29,718 bases of DNA from a virus (IMGVR_UViG_3300006737_000117:1-29718), one strand, 5' to 3'; positions 1 to 7,559 are shown, numbered from the stretch's first letter. Numbers and translations are program-made. The notes: a model not told the origin generated them from the sequence alone.

Positions 1-89
1 ACATGTTTAATTACTTCATTTAGCACCTTCTGTATTCTTTCGTCACAGGTAGCTAGGTTTTTCTTACTTCTAGATCCAAATCTTGGCAT
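1..89 (-). CDS. M15-family (L-Ala-D-Glu) peptidase endolysin, N-terminal part (runs off the window)
   Basis: Manual translation from ATG at 89: MPRFGSRSKKNLATCDERIQKVLNEVIKH..., the typical N-terminus of phage M15 peptidase endolysins. The catalytic motifs lie outside the window. Confidence 0.65.
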   Translation of the reverse strand, partial: MPRFGSRSKKNLATCDERIQKVLNEVIKH

Positions 90-193
90 TATATCCCCCA
101 GATTAGTATAGCCATTATAACTTTATCTAATATCCATAGAGCTATCATTATATTTAGCTTTTTATGCGTTATTTCGCTATTTGTTGGTAACAT
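89..193 (-). CDS. small membrane protein (34 aa), possibly lysis-associated
   Basis: Manual translation MLPTNSEITHKKLNIMIALWILDKVIMAILIWGI*. Hydrophobic C-terminal half. Stop overlaps the endolysin start (TAATG). Confidence 0.5.
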   Translation of the reverse strand: MLPTNSEITHKKLNIMIALWILDKVIMAILIWGI

Positions 194-311
194 TTGGTCG
201 TCTTCTCACATTATTCTCAATTGGTACTTTACCGCCATATTTAGACCCTACAGTTGTGGTCTTTATAACATTATGCGAATACTTGCTATATAGTCTACTA
301 CTGTTGTTCAT
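177..311 (-). CDS. hypothetical small basic protein (44 aa)
   Basis: Manual translation MNNSSRLYSKYSHNVIKTTTVGSKYGGKVPIENNVRRRPNVTNK*. GGAG upstream on the - strand; overlaps the start of the next gene. Confidence 0.4.
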   Translation of the reverse strand: MNNSSRLYSKYSHNVIKTTTVGSKYGGKVPIENNVRRRPNVTNK

Positions 312-797
312 AGTACTCTCCAGATATATTTAACAGTTAAAAACTATAGTTTAGTTCTGTTGTACCTAAAGTTTAGGTTATAGACTAGACTATAGTAGTA
401 AATGACCGCAGGAAGGTATATATAATATAGTTATGCTTAACATTATACTACAAGTAAAATCTTTAAGTTAAGCAATATAGCAATTTAACTGAAAAATATA
501 TTCCGATGGTACCTTAACCTATATCTTTACCTGATCGTGCCGTATAGGGGGTGTTTTTACGTTGAAAAGTGCATTTGTAAAAAATAGGTCTAGAATCTGA
601 GTACGTGATATACATTGACCCTACCCCGTCGAAATTCACGGTGCGCTTGCGCTTACCCGTTGAAATTCAGGACGGTTGAGGTTCAGTTGGGCTAGGTATA
701 GCCCTGCCCCTGCTCGCTTGGGCTCGTTTTCCATATCACTATACTGATTAAATAAACGATAATACAATGTTAATACAATTTAATAAGGAGTAGTAAT
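312..797. promoter_or_regulatory. divergent intergenic control region with two imperfect palindromic direct repeats
   Basis: No ORFs; genes diverge on both sides. GC-richer patch with cccgtcgaaattca (625-638) and cccgttgaaattca (656-669). Confidence 0.5.
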
Positions 798-1241
798 ATG
801 TCAAAAGCAAGTGTAAATCCATCTGAATTAGTCCCATTCGCGTTCAAGAACGGGAAGGTGCGAATTAAGACCAATCAACCTAAACTTGATAAGGACGGTA
901 AAGCAGTCCTTAACAACGGTAGATTGTCCTTCCTATGGGAGAATAAGCGTGATGAGAATAATAAACCCGTCTACGACGACCGAGTTATCCTCATAACATT
1001 CATCCCAGAGGATGGTAAAGTCATACCAAAGACGCTATCAAAGGCTAAGATGAGTAAACTCATCAACCACGCCAAAGATAGTGGTATGGACTTTATCTAC
1101 CAGAAAGATGTTTCGTACTCGTTACAACGTGAGTTCGAACCACAAACTGAGACTGATGATGATGATAATGCTATCACCACCATTACGGCGAAATATATGC
1201 CTACATTTAAGTCTGCAGTTTCCCCTATGGGTTCCTGGTAA
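798..1241 (+). CDS. hypothetical protein (first gene of the + strand block)
   Basis: 147-aa ORF with strong SD AAGGAG at 785-790; no recognisable motif. Confidence 0.8.
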   Translation: MSKASVNPSELVPFAFKNGKVRIKTNQPKLDKDGKAVLNNGRLSFLWENKRDENNKPVYDDRVILITFIPEDGKVIPKTLSKAKMSKLINHAKDSGMDFIYQKDVSYSLQREFEPQTETDDDDNAITTITAKYMPTFKSAVSPMGSW

Positions 1242-1243
1242 AT

Positions 1244-1323
1244 GGATGTACAACCCCTGAGTAAGACTCGGCGCCTGATAGAGCGTGGCAACAGAATCTA
1301 TCAAGGGTAGTATTGTACTATCC
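1244..1323 (+). ncRNA. putative structured RNA element (multi-stem)
   Basis: Closing stem ggat-gtacaa/ttgtac-t-atcc, accc/gggt, and internal hairpins gagt-aag-actc and tgataga(1276-1282)/tctatca(1297-1303). Confidence 0.4.
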
Positions 1324-1405
1324 TTTTAAGCCTTACCACAATAGAGCGTACTAGTAGAGTCTTTTAGTACACATAATACAACAATCATTAATTCGGAGGT
1401 TCATT

Positions 1406-1558
1406 ATGAACATAGTAGGAATATTGAATGAAACAGACAAGTTTCGTCATTACTTAACAAGTGCTGGGACAATTATGTCCATAGCCAAGGATACCCATAA
1501 TCCTGTAAAGAGAACACAATCTCTTTCAAAGGCCATACAGATGGCTAAGGGGGTGTAA
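1406..1558 (+). CDS. hypothetical protein (50 aa)
   Basis: Manual translation MNIVGILNETDKFRHYLTSAGTIMSIAKDTHNPVKRTQSLSKAIQMAKGV*; SD GGAGGT just upstream. Confidence 0.65.
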   Translation: MNIVGILNETDKFRHYLTSAGTIMSIAKDTHNPVKRTQSLSKAIQMAKGV

Positions 1559-1559
1559 T

Positions 1560-1796
1560 ATGAGAGGCATATTGCATTTAGGCAGAACTATGTTTGTATA
1601 TGGTTCTGTGATAGGATTTTGGTATTTAGTAATACCTAGTCATATCCTGTCAATGATACTAACAATGATGTCTTATGGTATACTAGGTGGTATAGCATTT
1701 GTTATTGTTGGTAATGTAAGTATTATGCTCATATCTATGCTTAACAGGAGATTTAAACTAGCAAGAATAGTATTTCCAAATAGTAGACGTAGATAG
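1560..1796 (+). CDS. small membrane protein (about 2 TM segments)
   Basis: 78 aa, long hydrophobic stretches and a basic C-terminus; starts 1 nt after the previous stop. Confidence 0.6.
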   Translation: MRGILHLGRTMFVYGSVIGFWYLVIPSHILSMILTMMSYGILGGIAFVIVGNVSIMLISMLNRRFKLARIVFPNSRRR

Positions 1797-1854
1797 ATAA
1801 TGAGTAAACTGTATTAGGGGGCTGTAATGGTCCCCTATATCTTTTTAAAAGTTT

Positions 1855-2595
1855 AGAATCAAATATTGCGTAAGCAGTCGGCAGTCTCATGTCGTTAGAA
1901 TAAGTACAGCAATGTACCCAAAGTGGAATCCATGTTACGGAGGAAGCACCTAGTAATAGGATCATAGAGACAAGCATCTATGTAGTGACTCTGAGGGCAT
2001 CAGAAGAACTATACAGCAAATGGTAATGCTGTTGAGTCTAGTGATAGGCAACAAGATAAGGTGTAGGATAATATGATACTGTGTTGTATCAAGCTGAACT
2101 GTGGTGGTTAGGCTGTTATCCAGTATTATGGTTAATCTTATAGTGATATAAGGCAACACCAGAAATACAGTGATTATCGTTCACCAGATGATAATTGCAG
2201 TGTTAAGTAAGGTATTATGTTCTTTAATAGAGAATGTAGCCTGTCCTAGAGCGACTTGACACAAATTACTATTGAACACTAAAAATGAACATACATAGAA
2301 AAACAGCCTAGGCGCTGATTAACTAAAGTGCACTAATACTACACCAATTGGGAATGTAGTCTGTAACATCCTCTCAAGGGTTGTTTCAGTTAGTGACCAA
2401 AGTACTATAAGGGTGGGCACATTCTTATAGATATGAGTAGTTGCTGAAAAGTATCAGTGAGGAATGCCTGAAGCCATATTTCAGGTGTGCATGACAGTGT
2501 ACTATACGCAAGTGTAGTGGATATGACCAAAACCTGTAATAGGGAACATAGGTCTAAAGCATTGTCAGAGTGGGGTTTAATCTCAACCCTACTCA
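1855..2595 (+). ncRNA. large highly structured ncRNA, GOLLD/ROOL-like candidate
   Basis: About 740 nt with no credible ORF and more than 12 hairpins. Several have GNRA loops (1949-1960 GTAA, 2137-2152 GTGA, 2405-2430 GGCA, 2500-2519 GCAA). Long-range helix 2109-2117/2302-2310. Terminal hairpin 2568-2594. Boundaries are approximate. Confidence 0.65.
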
Positions 2596-2643
2596 CCTGT
2601 AAAGGTTCCTATAAATTTTAAAAAAGTGGAGGACAAAAACAGC

Positions 2644-2964
2644 ATGGGAAAGATCAAAGGATTATTAGAAGACTACAATGATTATCACGGCTATCCAATA
2701 GATATAGACGAAGCAGCATTGTGGGAATATCATCAAATGAGAGCAGAAGAGGCTCATCAAGAAGAACTAATAAGGCAAGGTAAAGCGTCTTATCAGATGA
2801 ACACCGAAGAAGCAGAATCTTACAACTTATACATGGAGGGTAAGCTATGTGGAGAACAACCAAATACTGTCCATACAAATTCAGGTACCAACTTGAAAGA
2901 TGGGCGCTCAAGTACTGGAGAAAGCGCTACCCTCAAGTATCGGAAGCGAAGATCTGCAGAATGA
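2644..2964 (+). CDS. hypothetical protein
   Basis: ORF 2626..2964; the ATG at 2644 follows GGAGG (2628-2632) and is the preferred start. Confidence 0.6.
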   Translation: MGKIKGLLEDYNDYHGYPIDIDEAALWEYHQMRAEEAHQEELIRQGKASYQMNTEEAESYNLYMEGKLCGEQPNTVHTNSGTNLKDGRSSTGESATLKYRKRRSAE

Positions 2965-3002
2965 GTAAAAAACAACTGTACGCATTATGGTATAATTATT
3001 GA
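2847..3002 (+). CDS. hypothetical protein (51 aa), overlapping the previous ORF
   Basis: Manual translation MWRTTKYCPYKFRYQLERWALKYWRKRYPQVSEAKICRMSKKQLYALWYNY*; SD GGAGG upstream. Confidence 0.6.
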   Translation: MWRTTKYCPYKFRYQLERWALKYWRKRYPQVSEAKICRMSKKQLYALWYNY

Positions 3003-3088
3003 TTGCACCAGGTACGGCCTGTGGGCAGAACCCCTGAGAAATCCTGATATAGTTATACCAATGCATACGCAACACTAAGGAGACGAAT

Positions 3089-3256
3089 ATGAGTTTAAAT
3101 AGCAGTCAAGTACAATCCTTAGAACGAATAGTCAGTTATATGTATGATGAAGAGGAAAAGCATTATGAAGAAGATGATAAACCTCAAAATCATATATTCA
3201 GAGACGTAGTTATTTTAAAACGTCTATTACACAAGAGGCATGAAACTAGATACTAG
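3089..3256 (+). CDS. hypothetical protein (55 aa)
   Basis: Manual translation MSLNSSQVQSLERIVSYMYDEEEKHYEEDDKPQNHIFRDVVILKRLLHKRHETRY*; SD AAGGAG upstream. Confidence 0.7.
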   Translation: MSLNSSQVQSLERIVSYMYDEEEKHYEEDDKPQNHIFRDVVILKRLLHKRHETRY

Positions 3257-3348
3257 AGAATACTACTAATAAAAGAGCCGTTACTTATTTATATGCAGAC
3301 CAATCAAGGTTTGCCGACCAATCGGGTTAATACCCCCGTATATACCCA

Positions 3349-3781
3349 GGGTAGTAGCTGTTTAACGGCTTGCTGCTACCCACATTATTACCCCGTATCG
3401 TTTACGCTTCTTACATTCCTTTGGATTGTTTTATTTTGCAGATAATAGCTAAACAGCGGGGTATCATTAAATGAGAGTCAAGATATTAGCCCGATGGATA
3501 TATACCATTGAAACTAGAGATACGTGGCGCTCTAGCACGACTCTCATAAATCTGGCTGGCATACCTCAGGTGAGGCGGATATAAGCTCTGCAGAGGCGTC
3601 TGATGGATTAACCATCTATGTCAAACCAAAGTATGCCACAAATTAAATAGACGAGGTTCTGGAGATATACCAGAGATGGTTGGTGTGAGATTAGGTAACC
3701 AGGAGAATGTCCTGTATGTAGTCTATTTATAATTGGTTAACCACGGGGAGTGAGAGTCTAGTAGCGCTAGAGAGGCTCCCC
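3349..3781 (+). ncRNA. tandem array of small structured RNA domains
   Basis: Six consecutive units, each closed by its own stem: 3349-3381, 3389-3463, 3471-3547, 3557-3638, 3644-3729, 3745-3781. No ORF. Confidence 0.5.
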
Positions 3782-3798
3782 ACAATTTTGGAGGTAGT

Positions 3799-4113
3799 AT
3801 GACTTGTTTAAAATGTTTTAAAAAAGACTCTACGACAATAGAGCACAGCCTACCAGATATGCTATCTCATCTTGCTAACTATACTATATGTAGTGATTGT
3901 GATGATAGTTTAACAAGGGCAAGACAAAGATATAAGTCACGTAGTGGCTATTATAAAAAAATACAACAAAGGTATAGAGATAATCTAGATCACCAATATA
4001 TCAATCGATTATTAGCAGATAGCAGTGATTTATTGCCTAGTGATATACCAGAGGAGTTAACAGATGCTAAAAGACAGCATTTACAAATGAAGAAATTATT
4101 AAAGGAGGAGTAA
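3799..4113 (+). CDS. hypothetical protein with two CxxC motifs (Zn-binding)
   Basis: CLKC and CSDC; SD GGAGGT upstream. Confidence 0.75.
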   Translation: MTCLKCFKKDSTTIEHSLPDMLSHLANYTICSDCDDSLTRARQRYKSRSGYYKKIQQRYRDNLDHQYINRLLADSSDLLPSDIPEELTDAKRQHLQMKKLLKEE

Positions 4114-4340
4114 TGACAGATAAAAAGTCAGATAATACAGATTATAAAGATTTCAACGAAATGGCCAAAGCACACAGAATTGTCCTTAAATCGTTGATTA
4201 ACAAAGACTTGCACTATGATAATAAGGAAGCCATAGAGATCAACAATGGTTTTGGCAAGCAAGTAAACTTCCTAAAAACAGTGATGGAAGGATACAAGTT
4301 GATGAAAGTAAAACCGTCCAAGAAGGACTTAAACCTATAA
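4113..4340 (+). CDS. hypothetical protein
   Basis: 75 aa; translationally coupled to the previous gene (TAATG); SD AGGAGG. Confidence 0.75.
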   Translation: MTDKKSDNTDYKDFNEMAKAHRIVLKSLINKDLHYDNKEAIEINNGFGKQVNFLKTVMEGYKLMKVKPSKKDLNL

Positions 4341-4361
4341 CAGTTATAAGGAGAGCATATT

Positions 4362-4601
4362 ATGCCAGCAAATAATGGAGTAAACGTAGAAGTATCATCA
4401 TACACAAGAGGTGGTACATTTGAATCAGGAACATTCGCAAAGTTAGCAGATGTACTTAGAGAGTATCAAGTAGATCAGGGCGAAGCTATTGTAGAGGTTA
4501 CTGGAGATGACGGCGAAGAAAGAAGAGTTACAGCTGCAATGAACTTACAAGAAGGTGATACTATTGTAATCATGAAGGCTAAGAACAAATCTGGAATATA
4601 G
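4362..4601 (+). CDS. ubiquitin-like (beta-grasp, ThiS/MoaD-like) protein
   Basis: 79 aa; LQEGDTIVI strand typical of the last beta-grasp strand; C-terminus KNKSG-I; first gene before E2, JAB and E1 homologs. Confidence 0.75.
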   Translation: MPANNGVNVEVSSYTRGGTFESGTFAKLADVLREYQVDQGEAIVEVTGDDGEERRVTAAMNLQEGDTIVIMKAKNKSGI

Positions 4602-4624
4602 TCGGCTAAGTAATTAATCAGAAC

Positions 4625-4697
4625 GGGAGTAGTATGGGTATTATATGAGGACTTAACGACCTTATATCCCTACTAAGACATCTAGCGCACTACTCCC
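4625..4697 (+). promoter_or_regulatory. intergenic RNA structure between Ubl and E2
   Basis: 9-bp stem gggagtagt(4625-4633)/actactccc(4689-4697) enclosing the hairpin tatgagg...ccttata. Confidence 0.5.
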
Positions 4698-4719
4698 CTT
4701 CTCTAACTATGGAGGTTAA

Positions 4720-6090
4720 ATGGAACAGTTATTATTAAAATGGTATGACTCAATACCACGAAGCTTAGACCATGCACCTGCTATGAGTTTACGTAATCAA
4801 GCCACATATCTTTTAAAAAAGTATACAACACAAGAGCACGAAATAGAGACATATGTCGAAAGAGACGGTGAAACACGTCCAGAAAAAGAAATTCGTACGC
4901 TTGTATGTTTTAAAGATATTATATGTAAATATAGACCACATCTCCATATGGGAGACTATTGGCTTGATTTACGAATAGCAGATGAGCAGATAACTTATAA
5001 GTTTTATGCACCTATAGAAAAATCAAATGATGTGACAGAAATGTTACCAGCGCAGCATCCGCATTTAAGTAATGGTGTACCATGTTTAGGTACATTTCAA
5101 GGTGATTTAGCAACACAATTCAGGGATGGTAATTTTGTACAATTCTTTAGTGTTATGAAAGCGTATCTACAAGCATATAACGGTAGAAGCACATACACAA
5201 GGGGTACTTATTATAAAAAAGCCAAACTCTGGGGAGAATTACATTCATTTAATGAGGTACAAGAAATGTTTCATACAGAGGAACAGGAAGATCAGTACCT
5301 AGATGTAAATGGAATAGCTAAAGACCCAATGAGATGGAATTGGCCTAAAGACTTAACAGCTTTTACAAGTATAGAGCTGCAAGGTCAAAATAGAATGTTA
5401 ATAAAATCATATATAGAACGTTCAGAGTTTCCAATATTAAAAGATAATTATCATCGAATATGGGATGCTGGTATAAACCAAAGAAAAGTTCTTGGTTATG
5501 TTTTAACAGCTATGACAATAGGCGAATTACCATTATATCATGCATTTGAATTTGTAAGAGTTATGTTAATGTCTTTACAAGCTCAATATGAAGGTAATAT
5601 GGATCATGCAACAATGGATAAACTTAAAAAATTAGCATCAAAGATATATGATGTTAAGCAAAGCGGAAGCTTTAAAGTAAGTGATAGATACCAAGTTAGA
5701 GCATCAGGAGATTCTATTGAGACAGCAAGAGAGCTGTGGCCACTTATAGAGGATTATTATATTAGTCCTTATGGTGGTAGAAACGAAAGAGATAGATTCC
5801 CTGAAAATCTAAAGTATTTAGGACACAGTTTATCAAACTTTATTATACTTCTAAGAAAGAGATCACCACAGCTAGCAAAAGCTAAAACATACCTTAAAAA
5901 AGTAAAAAGTGCTGTAGATGTAGATACAATCAATGGTAAGTATAATACAATTAAAAAAGAAGCTTATACAACAGCTTTAACAACATTAGACAAAGAAAGA
6001 AGGAGGTTCATAAATGAGCTTAACAAGCCCGAAATTAGTCATATCATCGACGCAGATGGACAAGGTACGTTATTTACTGAAATGCTTTAA
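4720..6090 (+). CDS. prokaryotic E2-like ubiquitin-conjugating protein with a long C-terminal extension
   Basis: HPHLSNGVPCLG matches the E2 HPN/HPH...C active-site pattern (H113-P-H115, C122), followed by a helix ending in YN; operon context. Confidence 0.7.
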   Translation: MEQLLLKWYDSIPRSLDHAPAMSLRNQATYLLKKYTTQEHEIETYVERDGETRPEKEIRTLVCFKDIICKYRPHLHMGDYWLDLRIADEQITYKFYAPIEKSNDVTEMLPAQHPHLSNGVPCLGTFQGDLATQFRDGNFVQFFSVMKAYLQAYNGRSTYTRGTYYKKAKLWGELHSFNEVQEMFHTEEQEDQYLDVNGIAKDPMRWNWPKDLTAFTSIELQGQNRMLIKSYIERSEFPILKDNYHRIWDAGINQRKVLGYVLTAMTIGELPLYHAFEFVRVMLMSLQAQYEGNMDHATMDKLKKLASKIYDVKQSGSFKVSDRYQVRASGDSIETARELWPLIEDYYISPYGGRNERDRFPENLKYLGHSLSNFIILLRKRSPQLAKAKTYLKKVKSAVDVDTINGKYNTIKKEAYTTALTTLDKERRRFINELNKPEISHIIDADGQGTLFTEML

Positions 6091-6880
6091 GTCTGTTGAA
6101 TGGTCTGGCCCAGCCTGGTATTCACATGTAAAGGATGAAAATGGATTTCCAAGTATAGTAACATTAGAATACTTCCACCCTCTCGATTTAGGTACAGCAA
6201 GTAACACTGACTGGGACGGTGAAGATTTAATGAAAATCTATTCTAAATTAAGGAAAAAATACCCTGAGATAGGCAAATCTTGGGTACAAGGAAACATACA
6301 TTCACATCATGGTATGGGTGCATTCTTTTCTGGAACAGATATACAACAATGCGAAGATGGTGCTAACGAAAACTTTTATTATTCATTAGTAGTATCTACA
6401 AAAGCAGGTAAAGAGCTACATTGCGGCGTATCTTACCCCGATCAGTTTGGACAAATACATATTGTAGAATTTGAAGACATAGAAGTTGAAGAAAATACTA
6501 CATATGATAAAGAATGGAAGACTCAAGCTGATTTTATTAAGAAGAATAAAAAGCCTGAAACAACAAGTATTAATCTTTGGCAAAGAGGCAAATATAATAA
6601 TGCAGGTCAAGCAACGTTGTTTGGAACAAGTCAACCTAAAAACCAACCAAAACAAAGCAAACAAGAACGCTATGAAGAGCACATAGATTGGCTTAGTTAT
6701 AATGGTTCATATGGTTTAAATAGTCAACAACAAGAAACAATGTACGACTGGCAATTATTTGATGAATTTGATGATATTCAGTTAGAATATGAAAAAGGCA
6801 AAATAACAAAAAATACCAGAGACAAAAAGCTAAAGAAACTAGGAGTAGATGAATATGGCAGACCGTTACTTACGAAATAA
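6014..6880 (+). CDS. JAB/MPN+ metalloprotease (deubiquitinase-like)
   Basis: N-terminal EWSG glutamate plus GNIHSHHGMGAFFSGTD (HxH-x7-S-xx-D JAMM motif); SD AGGAGG at 6001-6006. Confidence 0.85.
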   Translation: MSLTSPKLVISSTQMDKVRYLLKCFKSVEWSGPAWYSHVKDENGFPSIVTLEYFHPLDLGTASNTDWDGEDLMKIYSKLRKKYPEIGKSWVQGNIHSHHGMGAFFSGTDIQQCEDGANENFYYSLVVSTKAGKELHCGVSYPDQFGQIHIVEFEDIEVEENTTYDKEWKTQADFIKKNKKPETTSINLWQRGKYNNAGQATLFGTSQPKNQPKQSKQERYEEHIDWLSYNGSYGLNSQQQETMYDWQLFDEFDDIQLEYEKGKITKNTRDKKLKKLGVDEYGRPLLTK

Positions 6881-7538
6881 AGACCTTATCGATCAATCAA
6901 GATTAGATAAGATTACAGTAATCGGAGCTGGTGGTATTGGCTCTGCATTACTCCAGAACGCTGCAATAATGGGATTTAAAGAAATAACCGTCTGGGACCC
7001 TGATATGTTAGAGGAACACAATTTATCCACAACATCATGGCCAGAGAAGTTCTTAAATATGCCAAAAGTAGCAGCTGCAGAAACTGTTCTTAAGAATCTA
7101 AACAAGAAAGTATCTGTAAAAACAAAACCAGTATTCTGGCGAACTGGATTACCATTAGAAAATAAAGTATTTCTTACACCTGATAATATGGAATGTAGAA
7201 AATATGTTTATGAACAATGGGTTCAAAATCCAGACAGAGAGTTTTTAATAGATATGAGGATGGGAGCATTAGGCTATGAGATAATAACTGTGACCCGTGA
7301 GTCCGATTTCTTCATGGAATCCTATGTCCCCTCCTCTTCTATCGCTGACGATCCGTGTACAGCAAAACATACAATCTTTTGTGGCTCATTAGCAGCATCA
7401 TTTGGCCTAGCACAGGCATTTAATGTCTTGCAAAATAGATTGTATTATGCGTACATTTGGGGGTCGTTAGGTCCTGTGAGTTTGCGTAGAGAACATCTCG
7501 TAAAACCCTCAGAAAAAATAGAAAATACTGCAGCGTAG
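6855..7538 (+). CDS. E1-like/ThiF-family adenylyltransferase
   Basis: GAGGIGS nucleotide-binding loop, WDPDMLEEHNL, PKV, DNMECR, DMRMG and candidate catalytic Cys in DDPCTAK. No CxxC zinc motifs. Start is 6849 or 6855. Confidence 0.9.
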   Translation: MADRYLRNKDLIDQSRLDKITVIGAGGIGSALLQNAAIMGFKEITVWDPDMLEEHNLSTTSWPEKFLNMPKVAAAETVLKNLNKKVSVKTKPVFWRTGLPLENKVFLTPDNMECRKYVYEQWVQNPDREFLIDMRMGALGYEIITVTRESDFFMESYVPSSSIADDPCTAKHTIFCGSLAASFGLAQAFNVLQNRLYYAYIWGSLGPVSLRREHLVKPSEKIENTAA

Positions 7539-7559
7539 CTTTACGCCTGCAATTAACTC

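Noticed and set aside
1753-2911. Minus-strand ORFs 1753..1977, 1962..2159, 2405..2596, 2654..2911
   Set aside because: Antisense to the + strand block or the structured RNA, with no convincing SD and unprotein-like composition.
3471-3638. Hammerhead ribozyme
   Set aside because: GAAAC and ctgatg-like pieces occur, but the CUGANGA...GAAA...UH core is not correctly assembled.
3349-3781. CRISPR array or tRNA cluster
   Set aside because: No repeated direct-repeat sequence and no T-loop/D-loop consensus.
6849-7538. Thiamine/molybdopterin biosynthesis (thiF/moeB)
   Set aside because: No thiG, moaE or sulfurtransferase neighbours; the E2-like and JAB genes point to conjugation instead.
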